A stretch of DNA of 56,521 nucleotides from an uncultured virus (IMG/VR IMGVR_UViG_3300024270_000041) (lineage: Duplodnaviria; Heunggongvirae; Uroviricota; Caudoviricetes): IMG/VR virus record IMGVR_UViG_3300024270_000041; one strand, given 5' to 3'. The translations under genes were made by a program, and so were the position numbers. Every line of letters starts with the position of its first letter. The stretch's first letter is position 1. Below the pieces are notes generated by a model, which saw only the letters and a list, made by a program, of their open reading frames with translations, had not been told where the DNA came from and made no database searches. This document shows positions 28,960 to 38,319 of this stretch, piece after piece.

Positions 28960-30087
28960 TCAATTCATAGCTATTGCTTCATGTGCATTTTCCTGCCACT
29001 CCGTATCAATTTCTGTCTGCCTTTTCAGATACATATATATTACATCTGACTCGAGGCCGGTTATTGTCATATAAGCCGTACCGTTGAGTTCTTTATTTGT
29101 ATATACGTCATCCATGATGTTACGATTTAATGTAAATCCACCGGCGCCTGGATGTCCACCACCACCGAAGAATTTACATATCGGTGTAATGTCATACTTA
29201 TCAGAATATATGGTATATGTATAATCACCATTCTTATTCTGGAAGTACTTGATGCACAGATCAAAGTCTTTATATCCCTCGCCATTCTTACCGAACAGTG
29301 CACTATTACCCCAACTGGAGTTGATAACTGCACAATTGTGGAAGTAAAATCTTTCGGCTTCAGATTCCAGCGCTACTTTGATTATCTGCATATTGCGACC
29401 GATCATAGGACATATTGAGCCATTGATGTACTGACCGATAATATCACCGGCAGATACAATCTGGTCGATATGTTCACCCCAGATGGTTCCATCTGCAATC
29501 AGATCATCCCACAGAGGGTCCTTGATATCATGCAGTGGGAAGAGTCCCGAACCATTGAAGAATTCGAGGGAACCTTCAAGTTCATGAGCGAAAATATCGT
29601 GGTCTGATATGAGCTCAAGTACCTGTGGTACGTCTGTACTGATCAGTGCCTGCCAAGCAAGTTTAGCAGCAGATACATTTGTATCCAGTATTACATGCTG
29701 AAATAATGCCTTGTTATAATGGATACCGTTGTAGTCAATACCATCAAATAACTTCATATATGCATCAACTGATGTCTTATGATGATCAATCCAAGTCGTG
29801 TCGATGTCGAAGTTAACTTCGCGGATAACCTCACCAAGACGAATAATATCTTCGGCTGTCGGGATACTGAGGTCAACGATAAAGATATGACCGATTTCAT
29901 TTTCGTCGGTATTATATGAACGGATCATGTGCTCGATTAGATCAATCTGACCACCATTCAGTGTGACGTAGATACAGTTGATATCTTTGTCATCATAACC
30001 TAAAGCTCTGCATTTGTTGAGACATACTTTTGCTGCACCATAACCATCATTATCAGTATGGTGAAAGATAAGTGCGATTTTACCCAT
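28960..30087 (-). CDS. DHH/DHHA1 phosphoesterase, copy 1
   Basis: HHTDNDG, IVD, IDHH, GGGGHPGAGGF; probable start MGKIAL. Confidence 0.9.
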   Translation of the reverse strand: MGKIALIFHHTDNDGYGAAKVCLNKCRALGYDDKDINCIYVTLNGGQIDLIEHMIRSYNTDENEIGHIFIVDLSIPTAEDIIRLGEVIREVNFDIDTTWIDHHKTSVDAYMKLFDGIDYNGIHYNKALFQHVILDTNVSAAKLAWQALISTDVPQVLELISDHDIFAHELEGSLEFFNGSGLFPLHDIKDPLWDDLIADGTIWGEHIDQIVSAGDIIGQYINGSICPMIGRNMQIIKVALESEAERFYFHNCAVINSSWGNSALFGKNGEGYKDFDLCIKYFQNKNGDYTYTIYSDKYDITPICKFFGGGGHPGAGGFTLNRNIMDDVYTNKELNGTAYMTITGLESDVIYMYLKRQTEIDTEWQENAHEAIAMN

Positions 30088-30313
30088 TATTATTTCCTCC
30101 TTTATTATATCCACCGTTTGTCATAGCGGTTGATAACGTCATAAGACCCATTAATGAATTCCAGGCCTTCTTACTTTTCTCTTCTTCCTCTCGGAAGAAT
30201 TCTTCCCTCTCTTCGGGAGAGAGGGATTTGATATATTCTTCGCGGGCTTTCTGCTTACGTTCTTCATTAAGCTGATATTTGACTTGTTGGGCACGCTTTC
30301 CCATCTTAGCCAT
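30080..30313 (-). CDS. small charged hypothetical protein
   Basis: 77-aa operonic ORF with GGAGG RBS. Confidence 0.7.
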   Translation of the reverse strand: MAKMGKRAQQVKYQLNEERKQKAREEYIKSLSPEEREEFFREEEEKSKKAWNSLMGLMTLSTAMTNGGYNKGGNNNG

Positions 30314-30847
30314 TTATATAAAACCTCCAATCGTTCTGAATATCTCACATACATCACATGACACGAATGAGTCCATTATGCCGAATATATGAGGTCGCTG
30401 TGCGGTATACTTCATTATCAGTTCACTGCTTCCTAAATGTGATGCCGGGATTATATGTTCGTATATACGTAATATACATCTACCCTCAGTTTTAAGAACG
30501 ATAGTATCAACACCAACAGGACACTCGGTCAATCCTATTGGAAAGTATAACGCGGGGGTAAATTGATTCTTCGACTTAAAGTTGTTAAGTGAATAAGCTA
30601 TCAGAGGACCTTTGTCGAATTCAGCATCACTCACCAATGATACTTTAAATCTTGATATTTCAGAAAGATAGTCCATTATTTCTTTAATCTTATAGCTGAT
30701 ACCATTTGACGATATAGTATCATGAATATCAAACATTCCGAGGTCGCGAACGCCATCAGAATATTCAACATCTTTACCAATCAATGCAACGTCACTACGG
30801 ATGTCACATATCTTATTGATCATTTTTATAACTTCGTGTCTATCCAT
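30314..30847 (-). CDS. hypothetical protein (paralog of 30865-31383)
   Basis: Shares PALYFP and DVC(E/D)IF(R/K)TIG.FI with its neighbour. Confidence 0.8.
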   Translation of the reverse strand: MDRHEVIKMINKICDIRSDVALIGKDVEYSDGVRDLGMFDIHDTISSNGISYKIKEIMDYLSEISRFKVSLVSDAEFDKGPLIAYSLNNFKSKNQFTPALYFPIGLTECPVGVDTIVLKTEGRCILRIYEHIIPASHLGSSELIMKYTAQRPHIFGIMDSFVSCDVCEIFRTIGGFI

Positions 30848-30864
30848 AATATTTCTCCTTTACA

Positions 30865-31383
30865 TTATATAAAACTGCCGATTGTTTTGAAGATATCACA
30901 TACATCGAACATCATCTTTGGCGGCATCATACCAAAGACATATGGATGAGAGCCGAATACTTCGAGCATCTTTTCCTCGGTAGATATACGCATCGCGTTT
31001 ATTTCATACATATATACCCCCAGTATTCCCTTTGATCCTGTACGAAGACCGATACACATAATATCATTATCATCGTTTATATGTACTGGGAAATATAATG
31101 CGGGTAAATCCTTAACGGTCTGGATACCTTTACCCTCATAATATGCGAGACGTGGTAATTCTGTCAACTCATCATACAATAATACATTTATGTCCGTGCA
31201 TTCTGACAACCTTCTGAATAAATATACAATGGTGTCCGTAACGAGATAATTCTCTGGGGTCGGCATTACGTTCTCAATAAATCGTGGATATGTATAATCC
31301 GCGGTTTCTGGTTCAGCTGCAGATGCTCGTTCGTATACTGCACGCAATATTTCCTGTATCTCGAGTCTGTCTTTTCTTGTCAT
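30865..31383 (-). CDS. hypothetical protein (paralog of 30314-30847)
   Basis: Same shared motifs; probable start MTRKDR. Confidence 0.8.
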   Translation of the reverse strand: MTRKDRLEIQEILRAVYERASAAEPETADYTYPRFIENVMPTPENYLVTDTIVYLFRRLSECTDINVLLYDELTELPRLAYYEGKGIQTVKDLPALYFPVHINDDNDIMCIGLRTGSKGILGVYMYEINAMRISTEEKMLEVFGSHPYVFGMMPPKMMFDVCDIFKTIGSFI

Positions 31384-31388
31384 AATAA

Positions 31389-32507
31389 TTACCTCCATTC
31401 TATATCAATTGCATTATCATTGAACGTAATAGTACAGTTGAGCTTAACGTTTAGAGCAACATTGATATGATCATCAGTTCGCTCAACTGTTATAAGTGGA
31501 CTGGATACTGGTATCGACTCATCACTAGCCGGTTGAGTATTATCTGGTTCGGATACATCATGCACAGCACCAGCCTTTTTGTCATAAGGGTTTGCTACCG
31601 GTATCTCAGTTTTATATGGGTAGTTTTTCGGCTTTTTAATACCCTTATTATTTGCAGGAGGGTAATCAGGGATAATTTCATCATCCGAAACGACCAGATC
31701 ATAATTTGGGGTATAGCTACTGAAATCATAAGCTTTAAAGTCGTCTGCTCTGCTGGCTCCAGATATCCATGCTCTGACTGCACAACCAGTAACTCTGTAC
31801 TTCTTTGCAATTTCATCTACTGGATATCCTTTAAGTATATCATTAGCAATCATATCAATATACTTATCCAATGGAAGTTTAACAACTTTTCCACCGCGTT
31901 TACTAGCCGGAGGTAGATGAGCTAATCTATCTCCTACCACATGTTTCCATGTTTTACCATACCTGATATTCGATATAGTCATAGGATCTACGCCGAAATC
32001 AGTAGCGATGCTAGTGATACTATTATTAGCGAGAAGTCTCTGCACGATTACTTCGACATTATCCGCTGATAATTTAGTTGGGCGTTTGCTAATGATCCGC
32101 TTGGGTGTATCGGTATTTATTACCTCAGATTTTGATTCATCATTTGGTGACTTGGTATCTATTACTGGTTCCGAATCTAATAAATCGACTACTTCGTTAT
32201 CAGTCGTATCACTAACCGATTCATGTACAGTTTCACCCTCACTAATTTCTGGTATGACTTTCGGTTCGTCTTGTTCGTCCTTCTTGGCATTGCTTTCAAT
32301 GACTTTGTAACCAGGCATTGTTGGATACATAGTCCTAATTGATTCTTCCAGAGACTTCTTCCTTGAGAATTTCTCAGGATGTTGTCTAAATGCTTCAATG
32401 TCAGTTTTAAGTACGCCGGTCATTTTAGAGATGTCAGCGTTAGATGACCCTCTAGCAATCATTTCTTTAATCAGTTCGCGATTGCTACTGTCAATCTTGT
32501 TTGCCAT
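31389..32507 (-). CDS. multi-HTH DNA-binding protein
   Basis: Three HTH-like segments: SNADISKMTGV, SITSIATDFGVDPMTISNIRYGKTW, PVDEIAKKYRVTGCAVRAW. Confidence 0.7.
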   Translation of the reverse strand: MANKIDSSNRELIKEMIARGSSNADISKMTGVLKTDIEAFRQHPEKFSRKKSLEESIRTMYPTMPGYKVIESNAKKDEQDEPKVIPEISEGETVHESVSDTTDNEVVDLLDSEPVIDTKSPNDESKSEVINTDTPKRIISKRPTKLSADNVEVIVQRLLANNSITSIATDFGVDPMTISNIRYGKTWKHVVGDRLAHLPPASKRGGKVVKLPLDKYIDMIANDILKGYPVDEIAKKYRVTGCAVRAWISGASRADDFKAYDFSSYTPNYDLVVSDDEIIPDYPPANNKGIKKPKNYPYKTEIPVANPYDKKAGAVHDVSEPDNTQPASDESIPVSSPLITVERTDDHINVALNVKLNCTITFNDNAIDIEWR

Positions 32508-32569
32508 ATGGCAGTCCTCCTTTGATTTTTAAAGTCCTACTGGTAATTCCTACTACTACCAGCCTTATA

Positions 32570-32579
32570 ATGATATATG
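32570..32579 (-). promoter_or_regulatory. early-type promoter motif (CATATATCAT)
   Basis: One mismatch; lies between the tail-tube terminator and the HTH gene. Confidence 0.6.
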
Positions 32580-32610
32580 CTTTGCAATAGTATTTGAAAA
32601 GACACTAAAA

Positions 32611-32642
32611 ATCCCCAGTAACTCTACGGAGTTACTGGGGAT
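32611..32642. terminator. hairpin after the tail tube gene
   Basis: ATCCCCAGTAACTC/GAGTTACTGGGGAT. Confidence 0.75.
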
Positions 32643-32648
32643 AATTTA

Positions 32649-33536
32649 TCAGTTACCTGTACCGTCAACACCCTGAAGGTCGAGCTGGTAGTTGATAGCA
32701 TCTGCAGGATTTGCAGTGCCTTCAGCATCGAGAACCTTGAAGTCGAGGTAGTTGTATCTGAGCTTCTGCTTGGAGAGATAGTAGTAAGCGAGGTCGTTTA
32801 CATATCTACCTTCATACTTGGTAACCTTGAAAGGAATATCAAGTGCAACTTCACCTCTAGAACCAGACTCGTAGTTGAGGTGGGACTTAGAGATTCTTGT
32901 TGGGAAGCAGTGTGCGAAGAGACAAGCATATTCGATATATCTTGCTGTAGGGTCGAGGTCCATGTAGATGAACTCACATGTGTGATACTTTTCACCGTAA
33001 TCAACTGTGAGGGAATTCTCAGTGTTGTCAAGAGCACCATGATAGTGTGCAACACCGGACTGTGGGTCACGCATACCTGTCATCCAGGTTTCGATGAACT
33101 CACGTACAGGAGAACCAGACTGTTCGTAAAGTGTGATAGTGATTTCATCAGTATCATCCTTTACTGCGGAGATATTGGAGAATGACTGAGCTGCCCAACC
33201 ACCTTCGAGAGTGATTACGTCAGCAGACACGTCGCCGATACCTGTTACAGACTTGTAACCTGTTTCAATGTAGGACTTAAAGTTAGATGTAAGGCTCTTA
33301 AACTGAAGGTCCATGAACTTTGGTACTGTGTGCATGAAGAGTCTCGAAATACCAGGAACGTAAGGAGTCATGGAGTCGAGGTTCTTCTGTGTAACGTCAA
33401 TACCCTGAATGAAGTAAGAGAACTTGTTATAGTTTTTATCATTCTTCTTGATGGCCTTATCAGCCTCAGTTATGGAAGCGGACTGAAGTCTTGTACCATA
33501 GTTGCTGAGGGAGCCTGTAGTTGTATTATCTGCCAT
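32649..33536 (-). CDS. probable tail tube protein
   Basis: 295 aa directly after the sheath gene; tube-like pattern ITITLYE..FIETW..CFPT..LDIPF. Confidence 0.7.
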   Translation of the reverse strand: MADNTTTGSLSNYGTRLQSASITEADKAIKKNDKNYNKFSYFIQGIDVTQKNLDSMTPYVPGISRLFMHTVPKFMDLQFKSLTSNFKSYIETGYKSVTGIGDVSADVITLEGGWAAQSFSNISAVKDDTDEITITLYEQSGSPVREFIETWMTGMRDPQSGVAHYHGALDNTENSLTVDYGEKYHTCEFIYMDLDPTARYIEYACLFAHCFPTRISKSHLNYESGSRGEVALDIPFKVTKYEGRYVNDLAYYYLSKQKLRYNYLDFKVLDAEGTANPADAINYQLDLQGVDGTGN

Positions 33537-33556
33537 AATTCAATTTCCTCCTTCCC

Positions 33557-35569
33557 TTAAATATCAAGACGGTTAACGTCGATATCCACCTGGAGATACT
33601 TGATAAGAGGCTTGTTCTGGATAGCAATGTAGAGGTGGAGTACACCAAGCTCTGCTTCAGCTTCGGTTCTGTCGAAACGAGCTGTGATAGAACGTACCTG
33701 AGCCGCAGCATACTTAGATGTGAGGTTCGCAGTATCTCTGTTGAATGTATTGATATCGGATGTCTCATTGAAGTTGTACAGATATGTACAAATAAGCTTT
33801 TCAACGTCCTTCTTGATAGCAAGAGCGATGAGAGCATTATTTTCTTCGGAGAGGTTGGATACAACATAGTCGTCGGATTCAGCAAACTGATTATCACCAA
33901 CAAGACCAGAGTATCTGGTTGTCTGTGTAGCACGCATTACATTACCCTTAGGGTCGATTGCTGCATAGTTTACGTGAGCGTCAACGAGCTTGTCGAGGAT
34001 ATCCTGATCGATACTGTCGTCGAACACTGGGAAGACAGTATTAGGAAGGAATGAGTCAATTACACCATACTTGGAGTTAGCATATGGAATATGATAACCG
34101 CCATAGCCGTTCCAGTGTTTAGGAAGAGCCTGAGCAAGGTGATATGTAGAAGATACTGTAATAACCTTCTTGTTATATGGGTCCTTAATCTTACCCATAT
34201 ATCCGTCGATAGACATTGTCCACGTGTTAATGATATTATCATATGGTATGGTATCATTATATACGTTTTCACGTGACTGGAGGTCAGTACCGAGGTCGAA
34301 GTAAATTCTGAAGTCCTGAGTTCTACCAGCGCCAGGATCACCAGTAACGAGACCGGCAAGAGCCTCCTTAACTTTAGTGCTGAAGTCTGCATCACATGCA
34401 TAATCCAGAGGACAACGATACTTAGAAAGGATATTTCTATCGATATTACCCTTGAATGCCTCGATAAACTGTGCATCAATAGCTGCCTGTCTGTCAGGGT
34501 TAGTCATATCGAATGCACCGTCAGTACCTCCGGCGAGTTTAATACCGTAAGGGTCATCGAAGTGGAATGGACTCGAAGAATGAATCTCATATCCAGTAAT
34601 ACCAACATCACCCTCTGCACTTGTAACGGTGAATGGCTTAGCAGCTTCCTTAGAGATACCGAGGATTGGGTCAAACGTATATGTTGTCAAGGCTGTTTCC
34701 TTATCGATGTACTGCTGATACTTAGTGAAAATGGTATCAAGTACGGATGTGTTTACATACATGTCAATGAGGTTAGAACCTTCAGATCCACCGTATGTAT
34801 TAATCACGTTCTCCATGAAGAGAGAAGTTGAACCTACAATAGCATCAGGATGAAGCGTACATCTGTACTGCTCAACCTGTTTTGTACCCTCATAGATATC
34901 AATGTAGTAATTCTTATACTTGGATGTCTTGTCGGCACGACTGTGGTTGGAAATACGAACAGAGAAGTTGTTACCACATTCGCCTCTACCCTTATATGCG
35001 AATGACATAAAGTGCATAACCTGCCACTCTTCATTTACTACAGGTTCATCGGGCAATTCCAGAGTTTGGATGGCGTAAATTGTATCATCGCCGATAGCCT
35101 TACACTCTTCAAGAACATCTTCAACTTTCGGAGCGAGATTCTTGAGCTGGTTAAGATCACGAAGATCGGTAGAATGCTTAGTGATGAAACGAATGTACAA
35201 TTTCTTACCAACCTGCTTATAGCAGATGTAAATGTGTGCGTTTGCATACATAGCATCTTTAGCTGTGAGTCGAAGAACCTGGAGGGTTACAAGACCTGTG
35301 GACGCAGCGGCTCTTGTGTTAAGGTGAGCCTGACCATACTTGGAGCAAGGACCGTGACCAAAGCGATCGTCGTATTCATCAATACCATGTTCAATGGTAA
35401 TAATCTTACCGTCTTCACCCTTTGGGGAGAGGCCTACAGCCAAAAACTTATAGTTACCTGATGTATCGGTCGTATATCTTCTGACAGAATTGTCATTGAT
35501 ACGGGTCTCTATATGTGGATAGAGATGACCTGGCAGTGTAACTGAAGTAATTGTAGCTATATTTGCCAT
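33557..35569 (-). CDS. probable tail sheath protein
   Basis: 670 aa; LAGGTDG and a sheath-like C-terminus (LSEENN..YLYNFN..LYIAI..LQVDI); late motif upstream. Confidence 0.8.
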   Translation of the reverse strand: MANIATITSVTLPGHLYPHIETRINDNSVRRYTTDTSGNYKFLAVGLSPKGEDGKIITIEHGIDEYDDRFGHGPCSKYGQAHLNTRAAASTGLVTLQVLRLTAKDAMYANAHIYICYKQVGKKLYIRFITKHSTDLRDLNQLKNLAPKVEDVLEECKAIGDDTIYAIQTLELPDEPVVNEEWQVMHFMSFAYKGRGECGNNFSVRISNHSRADKTSKYKNYYIDIYEGTKQVEQYRCTLHPDAIVGSTSLFMENVINTYGGSEGSNLIDMYVNTSVLDTIFTKYQQYIDKETALTTYTFDPILGISKEAAKPFTVTSAEGDVGITGYEIHSSSPFHFDDPYGIKLAGGTDGAFDMTNPDRQAAIDAQFIEAFKGNIDRNILSKYRCPLDYACDADFSTKVKEALAGLVTGDPGAGRTQDFRIYFDLGTDLQSRENVYNDTIPYDNIINTWTMSIDGYMGKIKDPYNKKVITVSSTYHLAQALPKHWNGYGGYHIPYANSKYGVIDSFLPNTVFPVFDDSIDQDILDKLVDAHVNYAAIDPKGNVMRATQTTRYSGLVGDNQFAESDDYVVSNLSEENNALIALAIKKDVEKLICTYLYNFNETSDINTFNRDTANLTSKYAAAQVRSITARFDRTEAEAELGVLHLYIAIQNKPLIKYLQVDIDVNRLDI

Positions 35570-35644
35570 ATTAATTCCTCCTTTTATAGTAATAAATTTT
35601 CATACCCTAATAATAGCGTACCAGAGTACGTAGATTGGATATTT

Positions 35645-35656
35645 TAAATAACTGTT
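35645..35656 (-). promoter_or_regulatory. late-type promoter AACA-N6-TA
   Basis: Minus strand AACA gttatt TA. Confidence 0.65.
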
Positions 35657-35684
35657 CGTCTTCACCTGTAGAGGGTGATTACCA

Positions 35685-36446
35685 TTACATCCAGAGAACC
35701 GCCTCGATTGGTGAACGGTTTTGCTCAAGACCACGTCTACTAATATTGACAGAGGTGGTCATCATACGAGACATATGCTCGAATATCTGGGAAGAGAATA
35801 CAGACGAAACAGATACTACGCTTCGGATATTATACGGCTCATAGTTATTCTTAGACATATCCTTGCCATATTTCAAACGGAACGGCTGACGAGGATTCTG
35901 TCTATCACGATAAAGTTCGCTGATAATACACTGGAGATAAGCATCCGGAACTCCTGGACTACATCCATTGATTTCCAGATTCATCTTCCACGCCTTGAAA
36001 ATATCTTCATACTTAATAGTACGAGGAATCTGGCCGCGTACCAGAATGTTAAGAAACTTAGTGCAGTTATCGATATTCTGTGGGCACTGGAGTGGCATAA
36101 GAATATCTCCTGTGGTATATTTAAGGACGATAAATTCCTCCGGTTCTTCGCCAGGATATAATGCAATCTTCCTAGATTCAGAACCCGAAGGATTGGTAAT
36201 AATGAGCTGGGGGTAGTTTAATGTATACAGTTTGGAATCTTCAATCTTATCTTCAGGTGTCATCGCTACTCTAGCATTAACGAGTGCGATAATCTTGAAA
36301 GATTCACCGACGGATGTAGCTACTGCAGAATGCTCGATATCTTTATCGATTCTATCTGGTGAGAAGAGAATCTTTGGAATATAAAGTTCCAGTCTATCGG
36401 CTTCTACAACCACGTTACCATCTTTAATCTTAGTAAATGTAGCCAT
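35685..36446 (-). CDS. possible virion RNA polymerase beta' C-terminal fragment
   Basis: LQCIISEL..NIRSVVSVSSVFSSQIFEHMSRMMTTSV..SPIEAVL resembles the beta' C-terminal clamp (ESFISAASFQETTRVL..LKENVI); late motif at 36507-36518. Confidence 0.5.
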   Translation of the reverse strand: MATFTKIKDGNVVVEADRLELYIPKILFSPDRIDKDIEHSAVATSVGESFKIIALVNARVAMTPEDKIEDSKLYTLNYPQLIITNPSGSESRKIALYPGEEPEEFIVLKYTTGDILMPLQCPQNIDNCTKFLNILVRGQIPRTIKYEDIFKAWKMNLEINGCSPGVPDAYLQCIISELYRDRQNPRQPFRLKYGKDMSKNNYEPYNIRSVVSVSSVFSSQIFEHMSRMMTTSVNISRRGLEQNRSPIEAVLWM

Positions 36447-36594
36447 TAGAAACCTGCCTCCTTGTCATTGAGTTTAATCATATTATCTTCCTCCTTCTGT
36501 TAAACTTATGAAGTTGTCACGATTGTGACTCAAAAGGACAAAAAAAAAACAAATGAGAGCAGGTGGGATTCTTCCCACCTGCCCATATCTGTAG

Positions 36595-36987
36595 TTACTT
36601 CAGAAAGTCTGGAAGGTCCTTCTTAGTTGGTGCCTTCGGTCTTTCATTATCCTGGGTTCTAGAGCGATATACCCCAGGAATCATTTCCTCATCGTCGCCG
36701 TCTGCACCGCCAATAGCATTCTGATAGCAGATGTAAGCTGCCTCAGCAGAACGCTTTGATACTCCTTCGAGTGTCAGATCGATTTTAGTGTTACCTGATG
36801 CAAGCAGAGTAACACTATTGATTCTTGCGAACCCGATACAACCGACCTCCTTAACAATGACTGGAACGGTGCGTTCCATGTTATAAAGGAGATGACCTTC
36901 CTTGTTTATAACCAGGTTATCTCCAACTCTCAGGTCAATCTTGCGTCTTTCCTTGTCTGTCAATGTGATGAAAGATTCGATCTTCAT
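36595..36987 (-). CDS. hypothetical protein
   Basis: 130-aa ORF with GGAGG RBS, followed by a terminator. Confidence 0.8.
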   Translation of the reverse strand: MKIESFITLTDKERRKIDLRVGDNLVINKEGHLLYNMERTVPVIVKEVGCIGFARINSVTLLASGNTKIDLTLEGVSKRSAEAAYICYQNAIGGADGDDEEMIPGVYRSRTQDNERPKAPTKKDLPDFLK

Positions 36988-37002
36988 TTGTTCATTCCTC
37001 CA

Positions 37003-37494
37003 TTATGATCTTATTATATCAACCCCCGATGTGTAATCGAGGATGGATTCTAATACATACATCTCCCCTTCAGTAGAAGGAGTGATACCATTAATGCCAT
37101 GCTTTTTAAGACATCTTGCAAACTTGGTCTTTGCTGATGCTAAAGCAATCATCCATGCCCATCTATCTGGAGCAATACACTTCAGCTTCCAGGACATGTT
37201 CGGATAATCGTATAGTGGATAGTTCTCTCTGAGGATTCTTCTACCTACTATATTAGGTATAAGCTCGAAGAGAATTATCTTCTTTTGATATGGATGAGTT
37301 CTCTCATATTCTTTCAGACGATAGTTCTCCATCTGAAATGTATCGGTTACTACAATATCAAATTCCTCAAACTTTCGTGAGTTCATATCGTAAGTACCAA
37401 CTACCGCAATCTTCGCGGCTTTATGTGGGAGTCTCATCTCCCTTTGCTCCAAGGCATACGACTGAAGTTTATAGAACAATTCGGTCTTGTTCAT
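37003..37494 (-). CDS. hypothetical protein
   Basis: Probable start MNKTEL after GAGGAGG. Confidence 0.75.
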   Translation of the reverse strand: MNKTELFYKLQSYALEQREMRLPHKAAKIAVVGTYDMNSRKFEEFDIVVTDTFQMENYRLKEYERTHPYQKKIILFELIPNIVGRRILRENYPLYDYPNMSWKLKCIAPDRWAWMIALASAKTKFARCLKKHGINGITPSTEGEMYVLESILDYTSGVDIIRS

Positions 37495-37562
37495 AGCTTT
37501 CAACCTCCTCAAAAAATTGGCGGTGAGGTGGGGTCAACACCCCGCCGCCATGTGATGAACTA

Positions 37563-38180
37563 TCAGGTTGTGATAGCCGCGAGTTCGTCGAATACTTCTT
37601 CGAAACTATCTTCGAGTTCGATTCCTTCGTCCTCGATGTCGATGTTTCTGAGTGCCTTTCTGACACCCTTGAAATATTTCATCTCAAGATTTCTAGAAAT
37701 CTTGTCATGCTTTGCAAGCACATTGAAGACTGTGATTGCAAGCATCTTCTTCTCCGCTGTAGATTCAGCCAGGTAGCGGATAGCGAATTCCTCCGCGTCG
37801 AGGTTTGCGGTCATGAAGTTGTGTTCATTAGCATAGAAGTATGCCTTCGCAGCCTCGTAGCGATTGATAATGACACGGGCCTTCTTACTGTAACGGAAAC
37901 AGTTCTGTGATTTCTTACCCATGATGATGATCACTGCACCGCTAGGTACAGTTACTACATCACCATCATGACAGATGTTGATTGTATCCGTAGTAACAGC
38001 GGCAGTCATGTGACCGCGGAGTCCGTCTGAAGCCTTGAGGTATTTCGCCTCAGTGATTATGGTGTACACTGGTGTCATTACACCATTGCCATAGTCCGTA
38101 CGGTAGTTGGCGATGAGTTCACCGTTGATTGATCCTCTGATGATTGCACATTCCTTTTTCTTGTTTGTCTTCTTTGCCAT
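37563..38180 (-). CDS. hypothetical protein
   Basis: Probable start MAKKTN at 38180 after AGGAGG; early motif at 38246-38255. Confidence 0.8.
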   Translation of the reverse strand: MAKKTNKKKECAIIRGSINGELIANYRTDYGNGVMTPVYTIITEAKYLKASDGLRGHMTAAVTTDTINICHDGDVVTVPSGAVIIIMGKKSQNCFRYSKKARVIINRYEAAKAYFYANEHNFMTANLDAEEFAIRYLAESTAEKKMLAITVFNVLAKHDKISRNLEMKYFKGVRKALRNIDIEDEGIELEDSFEEVFDELAAITT

Positions 38181-38245
38181 AAAGCATTTCCTCCTAAATT
38201 TAATTTGGTTTATTCTGGGGCTTATGTATCCCCGCTTGCAACGTA

Positions 38246-38255
38246 ATGATATATA
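38246..38255 (-). promoter_or_regulatory. early-type promoter motif TATATATCAT
   Basis: Exact motif on the minus strand. Confidence 0.65.
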
Positions 38256-38319
38256 CTTTCCAATGCCTTTTAAAAGACTAAAATTACCCCTAACCCGAGT
38301 GATGGTTAGGGGTAATTTA

